Source: an uncultured Bifidobacterium sp. (GTDB taxonomy: Bacteria; Acidobacteriota; Vicinamibacteria; Vicinamibacterales; CAVVIG01). Taken from it: a stretch of DNA of 64,000 nt. The DNA lies in contig CAZOAZ010000023.1 of NCBI GenBank assembly GCA_964577955.1, positions 8,005 through 72,004 of the forward strand, written 5' to 3'. Made by a program: the position numbers and the translations under genes. Under the pieces are notes generated by a model. It did not search any database and was not told where the DNA came from. It saw only the letters and a program-made list of their open reading frames with translations. Numbering within the stretch: position 1 is the stretch's first letter; each line of letters begins with the position of its first letter. Below are positions 18,964 through 27,383 of the stretch, in pieces.

Positions 18964-20072
18964 GTTCGCGCTACGAGGTCGCGCAGCACCGCCCGCTCGC
19001 GCTCGACCGCCACGGTCAGCGTGCAGTGCGTCTGCACGTAGGCCAGACCGGCCGCAGCCAGCCGCTCTCTGAGCGGCGCGTCTTCGAGCAGCCGGCGAAT
19101 CACGCTCCGCAGTTCATCTGCGGACGGTCCACTCAAGAGCCCATTGCTTCCGTCGGCGATGATCTCCTGAATCCCGCTCACCCGCGTCCCGACGACCGCC
19201 GCCCCCGACGCCATCGCCTCGACGAGCGCCTTCGGATTGCCCTCGTATTGCGACGGTAGCACGAAGACGCCGGTGCGACCGAGCAGGACGGGAAGATCGT
19301 CGTGCGCGACACGGCCGTGAAACTGCGCCTTCACACCGAGCGCCCGCGCCTGCTGTTCGAGCGCGGCGCGGCGCGACCCGTCGCCGACAATCGAGAGCTC
19401 GACGCCGGCCAGTCCAGCCAGCGCCTCGATCAGCACGTCGACGTTCTTCTCAGGCTCGAGCCGCCCGACGAACGTGACGCGGTTCGCCTCGCGCGGGACG
19501 TCGGACCGCAGCTTGAACTTGCGGGTGTCCACGTAGTTGGGCACGACCGTAATCACGTCCGGAGCAACGCCGTACCGCGCCGCCACCGCCGCGGCATGAC
19601 CTGCCGACGCGACGACGATGCGATCGGCGGAGCGGAAGACCTTGCGCTCGAGCGCGCGGCTGACGCGCCGCCGGAGCGGGCTGGTCGTCTCCCGTTCGAC
19701 GTTGTCGGCCCAGAGGAACCCGCAGCGAACCACCAGCGGGGTTCCAAACAGCCACTTGGCCACGACCGCGCACCAGCCGCCGTTGATCTGGTTCGTCCGG
19801 AGCGCCGACGCCGTGCGCAGGTACTTCCGGTGCAGCCAGGGCGCGAGCACACTGTAGAGATTCGACGGCAGATTCCAGACGTTCGGCAGCACGTCGAGCC
19901 GCGGCATCGCTTCGGCCACCCGCCCATCGTCACGCCCGCCGTAGGTGACAAAGGCCAGGCGATCCAGATCGGGCGAGAGCTCGCGATAGAGCGCCAGCTC
20001 GCGATCCAGGATGCCGGCGCGGCGCCAGCCTTCGAGCGACATGCCGCGGCTGAAGAACACGACCAGCGTCAT
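18960..20072 (-). CDS. Glycosyltransferase family 4
   Basis: The start is taken at MTLVVFFSRGMSLEGW (ATG 20072, ATGA overlap). Motif LPSQYEGNPKALVEAMASGAAVVGT. Confidence 0.85.
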   Translation of the reverse strand: MTLVVFFSRGMSLEGWRRAGILDRELALYRELSPDLDRLAFVTYGGRDDGRVAEAMPRLDVLPNVWNLPSNLYSVLAPWLHRKYLRTASALRTNQINGGWCAVVAKWLFGTPLVVRCGFLWADNVERETTSPLRRRVSRALERKVFRSADRIVVASAGHAAAVAARYGVAPDVITVVPNYVDTRKFKLRSDVPREANRVTFVGRLEPEKNVDVLIEALAGLAGVELSIVGDGSRRAALEQQARALGVKAQFHGRVAHDDLPVLLGRTGVFVLPSQYEGNPKALVEAMASGAAVVGTRVSGIQEIIADGSNGLLSGPSADELRSVIRRLLEDAPLRERLAAAGLAYVQTHCTLTVAVERERAVLRDLVART

Positions 20073-21619
20073 CGCTGCTGAGCCAGGGCAGGAGTGACGT
20101 ACGTCAGTCCCCAGGTGATGATGACGGCTGCCGCACAGAGGTGGTACACACCGTAGTAAGGGATGTTGCCACCCGAGTAGATCGCGACGGCCGTCAACGA
20201 CAGCGGCAACGAGAACACCAGAATCCGAAGGGCGATCCAGTCGCGCCGGAGCCACGCCACCAGGGCAAACGGCACCACGAGCAGGCCGCTGAACGGAATC
20301 ACGCCGCCAATCCCCGGGGTGAGCTGCACCATCACCGGAGTCGTCTCGCGGAGCACCCGCCACACGCGCCTGGCCAGAATGGAGACGTACCAGAATGGAT
20401 CGGCCGCGATGTCATGGAGCACCTTGTCGCGCATGACGTCGAGAAGGTGGGGCGTCTGCAGCGGATGGCGATAGTAGAGATGATCCGGATCGAAGTAGTC
20501 GTCCGGCGTTCGTGCCGGCTTCCGGGTTCCCCACCACCACGGCAGCTTCTCGCCGTACTGCTGTTCGAGCACCGGCTCCGCGTACGCGACCGCCAGGTCG
20601 TCCCGCCACGAGTAGCCGTGCGTGGTGTCGAAATCGCCGAGCCCGCTCCAGAGCGAACCCCAGAACTGGTGGCGAGCGGCGCGAGAGGCGTCGTAGACAT
20701 GCCCGCCGGCACGGCGCACGACCGCCGTGGCTTCCGTCCACTTGTGATCGAAATAGCTGCTCCATGCCCAGGAAGTTCCGGTAAAGGCGAGCCACAACAC
20801 GGCGATCAGTCCCACTCGCAGCGGCCACCCGAAACGCGGCGCGCCGAGGCAGACTGCCGCGACTCCCAGAATCGACACTGCGGCTTCGAACCGGATCTGG
20901 GCCGCGGTCGCGAGCACGAGCGCGCAGATGACAACGGCAAAGCCGGCGTACCACCGGCGGCACGTGCCGGTGATGACCGGCAGCATGAGCGCGAGGGTCA
21001 CGCAGAAGACGGCGATCGGCCAGCCGAAGATCTGCTCGCGTCGATACGCCTCGAACAACTGGAAGGGATTGGAGCCGAGCAGTCCAACCAGCACGAAGCC
21101 GAGAACCGGCAGACCGACGTACCAGAAACTGATCAGGAGACCGGCCAGCCCCAGGAAGAAGACGAGGCTCGTCGCGATCCGCATCTCGGCATTCTCAGGG
21201 GTGCCGCGCCGCCAGGCGTCAATCAGATACAGATAGGTCTGCAAGTCGCTGCCGAAGCGCGTCGTGTGGCCCCATTCCATGACCAGCGTCGAACCGCGCT
21301 CCGCGATCGTGCGTTCCGCGGCCTCGCGGCTGAAGACACGGCGGTCGGGGTCCTTCGGGTGCGCGGCGCCATCGAAGTAGAAGTCCGGATCGATCCCGGA
21401 GTCGAGCGTCGCCACCGGAAAGAGGTTGAGGTAGTACAGGAAGTAGACGAACTTTTCCTGCGAGTGCAGCCCGCTCGACGCCTTCAGCATGTAGTCCGAC
21501 GGCAACGGGGCGCGGAAGAGCATCAACTGCCAGACGGTCAAGCCGGCGAGACCGGCGAGCAGCAACGCGACGCTGCGCGGCGTTCGCCGACGAGGCGCCG
21601 CCGCCAGTTCCGTTCTCAT
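20069..21619 (-). CDS. Large polytopic membrane protein (Wzy/GT-C-like candidate, unknown)
   Basis: The start is taken at MRTELAAAPRRRT (ATG 21619, ATGA overlap). ~516 aa, with one N-terminal TM, a soluble segment, then many TM helices. No family motif recognised. Confidence 0.55.
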   Translation of the reverse strand: MRTELAAAPRRRTPRSVALLLAGLAGLTVWQLMLFRAPLPSDYMLKASSGLHSQEKFVYFLYYLNLFPVATLDSGIDPDFYFDGAAHPKDPDRRVFSREAAERTIAERGSTLVMEWGHTTRFGSDLQTYLYLIDAWRRGTPENAEMRIATSLVFFLGLAGLLISFWYVGLPVLGFVLVGLLGSNPFQLFEAYRREQIFGWPIAVFCVTLALMLPVITGTCRRWYAGFAVVICALVLATAAQIRFEAAVSILGVAAVCLGAPRFGWPLRVGLIAVLWLAFTGTSWAWSSYFDHKWTEATAVVRRAGGHVYDASRAARHQFWGSLWSGLGDFDTTHGYSWRDDLAVAYAEPVLEQQYGEKLPWWWGTRKPARTPDDYFDPDHLYYRHPLQTPHLLDVMRDKVLHDIAADPFWYVSILARRVWRVLRETTPVMVQLTPGIGGVIPFSGLLVVPFALVAWLRRDWIALRILVFSLPLSLTAVAIYSGGNIPYYGVYHLCAAAVIITWGLTYVTPALAQQR

Positions 21620-22434
21620 TCCCACCGGGAGCGCAGCCAGTTGAACATCGCGATCCGCTGCGGCGCGGGGACAATCTCGCTGCACCGGGCGGCGAACGCC
21701 GCCATCCGCCCGGTCAGCGAAGCCCGGTAGCCGTACTGCTCGCGGGCGATCTGACGAACCCGCAACACCGCGGATTGCATCGCCTGAAGGCGGCTTCCAG
21801 TCGCCGACCCGGGATGCACGCGATACTTGAGCAGCGGCCGGTCGAGGTTGGCGAGCTTGTAGCGCGTCCCGATCCGGAACCACAGGTCAAGATCGTCGGC
21901 CAGGACGTGCGCGGGGTTGTACAGCCCCACCTCGTCGAGCACGTGCCTGCGAATCATCGTGATTGGATGGGCGAACGGGTTGAAGAGAAAGAACCGATCG
22001 CGCAGCCCCTGATCGTCGCACCGGTAGCGGCGGACGCCGAGGTCACGGCCGTCTTCGTCGATCAGGAAAATCCCTGCACCGCAGACGCCGACGTCGGGAT
22101 GCGCCAGCATGAACGCGTGCTGCGCCGCCAGCCGCTCCGGCAGCGCGATGTCGTCGCTGTCCATGTTGGCGATCAACGGTCCGCGTGCCTCCCCGATGCC
22201 GATGTTGCGGCTCCGCACGAAGTCGAGGTTGCGCTCGTTGCGAAGCAGACGAATGCGGCCGTCGCGGCTCGCGTACTCGCGCAGCAGCTCGGACGACCCG
22301 TCGTTCGAGCAATCGTCGACGATGACGAATTCAAAGTCGGTGAAGGTCTGACCGAGGATGCTCTCGACCGCCGCACCCACGAATCGGGCCGCGTTGTAGG
22401 TCGGCATCACGACCGACACCGCCGGCGCGCTCAC
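21616..22434 (-). CDS. Glycosyltransferase family 2
   Basis: Motifs VSVVMPTYNAARFVGAAVESILGQTFTDFEFVIVDDCSNDGS and NMDSDDI (DXD). Confidence 0.88.
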   Translation of the reverse strand: MSAPAVSVVMPTYNAARFVGAAVESILGQTFTDFEFVIVDDCSNDGSSELLREYASRDGRIRLLRNERNLDFVRSRNIGIGEARGPLIANMDSDDIALPERLAAQHAFMLAHPDVGVCGAGIFLIDEDGRDLGVRRYRCDDQGLRDRFFLFNPFAHPITMIRRHVLDEVGLYNPAHVLADDLDLWFRIGTRYKLANLDRPLLKYRVHPGSATGSRLQAMQSAVLRVRQIAREQYGYRASLTGRMAAFAARCSEIVPAPQRIAMFNWLRSRWE

Positions 22435-23198
22435 AGCGACGGCCGTTTCTCCTGCTCACGCGCCCGATCGCGGGCGGGAACAGGAGCAGCAGCGGAAGCG
22501 CGCCGCAGCGCCACGAACAAATGCACAAGGTTCCGGGTGGTCTGCGGAATCCGTCGAATCAGCGAGCCGTAACTGGGGGCGCGAATCTCAGCAACCGACA
22601 CCGGGACCTCGGCAATCCGCAGCCCGGCGCGTTCGGCCCGGATCACCAGCTCGGTGTCGAAAATCCAGCCGGCCGTCTCGCACTGTTCCGCAATCGCCAG
22701 CAGCGGCGCGCGGCGAAACGCCTTCAGGCCGTGCGTGTCGCTGCCCCGAAACCCAAACACCACGCGCAGCACACGGTTGAAGTTGTGGGTAATCAGTCTG
22801 CGGATGACCGGCCGCCGATCGTCACCTTTCACCTTGGAGCCCAGGACCAGGTCATGGTGGTCGAGCAGTTCCAGCGCCGCACGGACGAATCCCATGTCCC
22901 AGAAATCCAGGTTGAAGATCACCACGCGTTCGCACCGGGCCACCGCGATCGCGTGTTTGAGCGCCTGTCCGTAGTCGGCGACGGCGAGCCGCTCCTGTCG
23001 GATGCGCGCATCTTCACGGGCGTGGCGGGCGATGATCTCGGGCGTCGCGTCGCGGCTGCCGTTTTCGCACAACAGCAGTTCGAACGGCACGCCCAGGCCC
23101 GCAAGCGCGTCGCGGATGCGCGCGACCGCCTGCTCGGCAATCGCGGCCTCGTTGTACACCGGAATCACGACCGATAGTTCCGACGCTGCACCGCTCAC
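22431..23198 (-). CDS. Glycosyltransferase family 2 (polyprenyl-phosphate sugar synthase-like, soluble form)
   Basis: Motifs LSVVIPVYNEAAIAEQAV..LLLCENGSRDATPEII..VIFNLDFWD. The GTG start at 23198 overlaps the stop of a 7-codon mini-ORF. Confidence 0.8.
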   Translation of the reverse strand: MSGAASELSVVIPVYNEAAIAEQAVARIRDALAGLGVPFELLLCENGSRDATPEIIARHAREDARIRQERLAVADYGQALKHAIAVARCERVVIFNLDFWDMGFVRAALELLDHHDLVLGSKVKGDDRRPVIRRLITHNFNRVLRVVFGFRGSDTHGLKAFRRAPLLAIAEQCETAGWIFDTELVIRAERAGLRIAEVPVSVAEIRAPSYGSLIRRIPQTTRNLVHLFVALRRASAAAPVPARDRAREQEKRPSL

Positions 23199-23218
23199 GG
23201 CGTCACCTTCAGGATCAT
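23195..23218 (-). other. 7-codon mini-ORF (MILKVTP*) with its own Shine-Dalgarno; its stop overlaps the GTG start of the GT2 gene
   Basis: AAGGAG (complement of 23223-23228) lies 4 nt upstream of the ATG at 23218. The TGA at 23197-23195 overlaps the GTG at 23198-23196 (GTGA). Confidence 0.4.
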
Positions 23219-23231
23219 CGGGCTCCTTGCC

Positions 23232-24728
23232 TCAGGGCTCCGCGCAGCCTGGGTCGCCTGGAAGCGCCCAGACGCCGGGCTCGTGCAGTGCCCGGGCAAA
23301 CTGGTCGGCGATCAGGCGATTGCCGTCCGCGCTCAGATGCACCACGTCATACGGAAAATAGGCCGGCTCGTGCGGCACCGCGGCGGCGATGTCCACGTAT
23401 GGAACCGAGCAGTCCGCCGCGATCTTTGCCGACACGCGATTGACGGCCTCGTAGATCTGCGCCGTCTCGCCTGGCGTCAGCGGAAACCGGTCGAAGGTCA
23501 GGTCATCGAACAGTCCAGGCGTGACGCGGCGGTCGACCAGCAGTCCGTCGCGCCCGACCGAGGCAAACGACGACAACACCACGGGCACGCCCTGGCTCCT
23601 GATCGCCCTGACCAGCCGGCGCAGCTTGGCGTCAATGGCGTTCAGCGACCGCTTCGAAGAAACGGCGTCGAAACGATGCACCAGGGGCTGGCCGGGGCTC
23701 GACCGGTGCACCGTCTTGAGCGCGCTGAGCACGACGACGCTCCGGTGCGCCATCCACGCGAGCCAGCCTGGATATGCGGCCATCCAGCAATCGCCGACCA
23801 GCACGCCAATGGCGCAGTTAAGATCGGGCACGAACTCCCTGACGTCGACGTCGTTGTGTCCCTCGTAGAAGAGCACCAGATCCGGATGGAGTCGAGCAAT
23901 CTTCGTCATGAAGATGGCCGTCAGGTCGTCCAGCGCGAACCCGCTGAATCCGGCGTTGACGACCTCCGTGCGCCCGAACTCGCCCGACCGATCGAGCGCG
24001 ACCTGCAGAAAGTACGGATACGTCTCGACGTCGGCGTTGTACACCCCTTCGGTCGTGCTCGCCCCCAGTGCCACGATTCTCCGGACACCGGACGGTTTCT
24101 CGAGCGCGATCTGTGCGCCCCGCAAACCGAGGGCGTTCGACGACCAGAACGCCGGTTCGTGCGGCGATGCCTCGACCAGCCGGGTTCCCTTCAACACCAG
24201 CCGGAGATCGGGCCTGAAGACATAGCGCGGCGCCGGCGTGTCCGCTGGAAACGTTTCCGGAGGACGGGGAAACGTGCCGAACTGATAAGCACGCTGTGCA
24301 ACGAAGCGGGCGTTGTAGATTTTGGTTCTGTCTCGCTCGTTGTACAAGCGCTTCACGAGCGGCATCGCGAGGGGCAGGTAGCCGGCCGCGCTCCGCGCGT
24401 ACCACTCGAGACCGGCTCCACCGGCAGCCAGCGTGACCATCAACACGGCGCTCTTCAGGAGTCCGCCGGCGTACGGCGCGGCCACGCGTCCAACGACCGC
24501 CCATCGAAGCCCGGCACCTGCGGCCACGAACGCGACCCCGACGACAAACCCCGACGCTTCCATGGGACCGATCCCGGGCGCCCCGCCAAGCCATCCTGCA
24601 ACGCTCGTCAATCCGATGGCGAGCGCTCCCGCGGCCATGAGCACGGCCTGCAGCATCGCGAGTTCGCGAGGCGAACGGCGCGGCCCGGTCATCTGCGAGT
24701 CGGGCGCGTCCCGTCGCGAAGTCCTCAT
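23232..24728 (-). CDS. Membrane-anchored SGNH/GDSL-family hydrolase or esterase
   Basis: The start is taken at MRTSRRDAPD (ATG 24728, ATGA overlap). N-terminal TM helices are present. SGNH blocks: IVALGASTTEG (I), VNAGFSG (II), YEGHNDVD (III), YDVVHLSADG (V, DxxH). Confidence 0.75.
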   Translation of the reverse strand: MRTSRRDAPDSQMTGPRRSPRELAMLQAVLMAAGALAIGLTSVAGWLGGAPGIGPMEASGFVVGVAFVAAGAGLRWAVVGRVAAPYAGGLLKSAVLMVTLAAGGAGLEWYARSAAGYLPLAMPLVKRLYNERDRTKIYNARFVAQRAYQFGTFPRPPETFPADTPAPRYVFRPDLRLVLKGTRLVEASPHEPAFWSSNALGLRGAQIALEKPSGVRRIVALGASTTEGVYNADVETYPYFLQVALDRSGEFGRTEVVNAGFSGFALDDLTAIFMTKIARLHPDLVLFYEGHNDVDVREFVPDLNCAIGVLVGDCWMAAYPGWLAWMAHRSVVVLSALKTVHRSSPGQPLVHRFDAVSSKRSLNAIDAKLRRLVRAIRSQGVPVVLSSFASVGRDGLLVDRRVTPGLFDDLTFDRFPLTPGETAQIYEAVNRVSAKIAADCSVPYVDIAAAVPHEPAYFPYDVVHLSADGNRLIADQFARALHEPGVWALPGDPGCAEP

Positions 24729-25537
24729 CGCCGCTGGGCGACCGCGAGAATCATGTGGCTGATGTAGTCCGACGGCAGCACGGTGCCAAAGACTCGACTC
24801 GCCAGACGGTACGCCGTCGTTCCCTTGGTCTTCAGTCCCACTTCCCACTGGAGCCAGCGGCCGACGCCGGTGGCCTTGGCGATCGGCGCCACCTCGTGCA
24901 CCTTGAAGCCGCGCAGCTCGAGTTCGCGCCGCAGCTCTTCCCGCGTGAGCCGCCACTGGTAGAACCGTTGCGGCCGTTCGTAGCCGGACGCCGGATCGAA
25001 CTGATCGTCCCACCGTTCGAGCGCGGCGCGATCCCGCTTCATCAGCCGGCGGTTGTGGAATGGCACGCTCACGAAGAGCCAACCGCCCCTGCGGAGCAGG
25101 CGGCCGGCTTCGACAAGACAGTCGCCCAGTCCAGACTCGAAGTGCTCGAACGTCCCCCACGAGTAGTACGCGTCAAACGAGCCTGCGGCGAAATCGGTGT
25201 GCCGCAGATCGCCCTGACGGAAGTCGTGCTGGGGAAACCAGCTCTTGAGCCGCTCGATCGTCTCGGTGCTGATGTCGAGACCGGTCACCTGGTAGCCCCG
25301 ACCCGACAAGTACAGCGTCCACTCCCCGAGTCCGCAGCCGCCGTCGAGCAGATGGCTGCCGGCCGGCAATCGCTCGAGATAGGGCGCCACCACGCGGTAC
25401 TCATCGCTCTCGGCAACCGCGGACACGTCCGGCGGCCGCTGACGATCCTTCCAGAGCGCGCTCCAGTGCTGTTCGACGAACGCGGCTTCGTCGAGCGCGC
25501 CGGCGGCATCATCAACTGGAAGATAGTCTTTCCGCAC
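24725..25537 (-). CDS. Class I SAM-dependent methyltransferase
   Basis: Motifs LLDGGCGLGEW..VTGLDIS and FDAYYSWGTFEHF..LLRRGGWLFV. No in-frame ATG is available, so the start is assigned to the GTG at 25537, just below the upstream stop at 25548. Confidence 0.7.
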   Translation of the reverse strand: MRKDYLPVDDAAGALDEAAFVEQHWSALWKDRQRPPDVSAVAESDEYRVVAPYLERLPAGSHLLDGGCGLGEWTLYLSGRGYQVTGLDISTETIERLKSWFPQHDFRQGDLRHTDFAAGSFDAYYSWGTFEHFESGLGDCLVEAGRLLRRGGWLFVSVPFHNRRLMKRDRAALERWDDQFDPASGYERPQRFYQWRLTREELRRELELRGFKVHEVAPIAKATGVGRWLQWEVGLKTKGTTAYRLASRVFGTVLPSDYISHMILAVAQRR

Positions 25538-25547
25538 CGGCTGAGGC

Positions 25548-26381
25548 CTACGACTGCTTGTACTGCTTGTAGTCCACGGCGTAGCGCTTGTAGTCGGCCT
25601 GCGCGTCGAACCCGAAGTTGGATCGCGGCAGATTGGCGCCCTTTCGGTAGTAGTTGACGAGCACGTGACGCTCCGCGCCTGGCCGCGGCGCAATGCCGCG
25701 GTGTACACCCCACGTGTCGAACAGCACGATCGTCCCCGCCGGTCCGACCACGGGGACCTGCGTGTGCAGCAGATCGCCAAGTTCCGCGTCGGTGAAATTG
25801 GTGGGATGCGGCTTGCCTGACGGATCGCCGGCGCTGACCGCCGGTCCCCACTCGTGCTCCTTCTTCCGGCGCAGTTCAGCGTTGGTATGCGTGCCGGGAA
25901 TGTAGCAGGTCGGTCCCTCGGCCTCACCGACGTCGTTCAGATAGAGCATCACCTTGAAGGTCGGCAGCTCGAACGTGTCGACGTGAAACCCGCGCACCGG
26001 GATCTCGTTGTAGCGGTGCCGTTCGTAGATGCAGACGTGGACCGAGTGGGGTGCACCGAAATAGTCCGAGGCGATTTCCGTCAGCTGCGGCTCGTGCTTG
26101 AAGTGGTCGCCGCGCGGGCTGAAACAGTCGACGTGATACACGCGTTCGTTCGGCGCCGCCGCGGTCCCCCGGTAGGCATCCGCGCGCCGGTACGACCCAT
26201 CGTCGAAGTTGGTGTCGCCGTCCACGTCCACGCGCGCGACACAGGCCGCCAGGATCTCGTCCATCATCGCGCGTGGATAGAAGGCCGGCACGACGCAGAT
26301 GCCGTGCTGCTTGACGCACGCCAGCATGGCCTCGGTGGCCGGCGGTCGGATGACTGCTTCGAGCATCGCTAAGCCTTTCAC
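25548..26381 (-). CDS. PhyH-family Fe(II)/2-oxoglutarate-dependent dioxygenase
   Basis: 277 aa. HxD in GFHVDTF, distal His in GTIVLFDTWGVHRG, and Arg in RHVLVNYY. GTG start with GTGA overlap. Confidence 0.75.
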   Translation of the reverse strand: MKGLAMLEAVIRPPATEAMLACVKQHGICVVPAFYPRAMMDEILAACVARVDVDGDTNFDDGSYRRADAYRGTAAAPNERVYHVDCFSPRGDHFKHEPQLTEIASDYFGAPHSVHVCIYERHRYNEIPVRGFHVDTFELPTFKVMLYLNDVGEAEGPTCYIPGTHTNAELRRKKEHEWGPAVSAGDPSGKPHPTNFTDAELGDLLHTQVPVVGPAGTIVLFDTWGVHRGIAPRPGAERHVLVNYYRKGANLPRSNFGFDAQADYKRYAVDYKQYKQS

Positions 26382-27337
26382 ATCGCCATCAACTGTTTGG
26401 TCGAGATTGTCGAAATGCCGTCAATTGGCGTCGCGTACTTCCACGGATCGTAGACGCGGGTGAACTTCACCGGCGACGCCTTCCACAGCGCGCGGATGTC
26501 GTCGAATTCGCTTTGCGGTCGCCTGAACATCCAGCCGTTTCTCACGTAGTTGCCGCTGAACACTTTGCCATTCCGCCGCCAGAACCACCAGAAATGCGCC
26601 ATCGAGCGGAACGTGTAAGGCGCCGAATACTCCAGCGACCCGAGAATCGACATGTCCATGCCGATGAAGTAGGCCTCGGCGAATCCCATGAAGCTGAGGA
26701 TCGGATAGAGCGCAATCGCCGCCGAGTTCATGAACGTCGTGGCGCACTGGAGCACCGCCACGCCGTCGCGCTCGAGCGGCGCGAAGTATTTCTGCACGTC
26801 GAAGGTGTTCTCGTTCGGCGCGTGCTCGTAGTAGTAGGCGCGATCACGATAGGCGAAGTTCGGAAAGTACTCGTCCTGCAGCGCGCGATCGACGATCAGT
26901 TTCGTTTCGGGGACGCGGGCCAGCAGGTCGTAGGGAGAGTCCTTCAGGTAAACGTCAGGCCGCCACTTGTAGCGCTTGTGCGGCCCGCGGTGCACCCGCC
27001 ACGGGACGTAGTACTCGTCGAAATGATCCCGCAGCTCCTGCGCCACCGTCCGGAACGGCGGCTTCAGCATCCAGTCGATGTTGATCTGCGCCAGAAACGA
27101 TCGGTAGATGAAGTGCTGAATCGCGTTGTCCTTGGCCTTCTCCGGAAAGAGCAGCAGGTGATAGTCGGGCGCGCCGGCGGCGGCGATGAAGCCCGGCGTC
27201 AGCGCCTTGGTCTCGACCAGCGTGACGAAACCGGATCGTCGCAGCCAGCCGAAGTCGAAGCCGTGGGCCAGCAGCGACGGACCGCCAAAGACGACGAGCG
27301 CGCGTTGACCGCGATGCCGACCGCGGAGCCGAACCAT
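26378..27337 (-). CDS. Uncharacterised protein, possibly DUF115/Maf (MptE-like) family: candidate nonulosonic-acid transferase
   Basis: The start is taken at MVRLRGRH (ATG 27337). The segment QRALVVFGGPSLL..TLVETKALTPGFIAAAGAPDYHLLLF resembles the DUF115 GNGPSL / ..PDY.. pattern. The assignment is tentative. Confidence 0.35.
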   Translation of the reverse strand: MVRLRGRHRGQRALVVFGGPSLLAHGFDFGWLRRSGFVTLVETKALTPGFIAAAGAPDYHLLLFPEKAKDNAIQHFIYRSFLAQINIDWMLKPPFRTVAQELRDHFDEYYVPWRVHRGPHKRYKWRPDVYLKDSPYDLLARVPETKLIVDRALQDEYFPNFAYRDRAYYYEHAPNENTFDVQKYFAPLERDGVAVLQCATTFMNSAAIALYPILSFMGFAEAYFIGMDMSILGSLEYSAPYTFRSMAHFWWFWRRNGKVFSGNYVRNGWMFRRPQSEFDDIRALWKASPVKFTRVYDPWKYATPIDGISTISTKQLMAM

Positions 27338-27352
27338 CAGTGGTAACGGTAG

Positions 27353-27372
27353 GGACAGGCTGCAGCCTGTCC
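27353..27372. promoter_or_regulatory. Perfect 20-nt palindrome / RNA hairpin in a 46-nt intergenic gap
   Basis: ggacaggc-tgca-gcctgtcc (8-bp stem, 4-nt loop) lies between the radical SAM stop (27384) and the next start (27337). No U-tract follows in either orientation. Confidence 0.5.
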
Positions 27373-27383
27373 GTCCAAAACAA

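Noticed and set aside
27353-27372. An intrinsic terminator at the 20-nt palindrome.
   Set aside because: No U-rich tract follows the stem in the direction of transcription, so I list it only as a hairpin/palindrome of unknown role.
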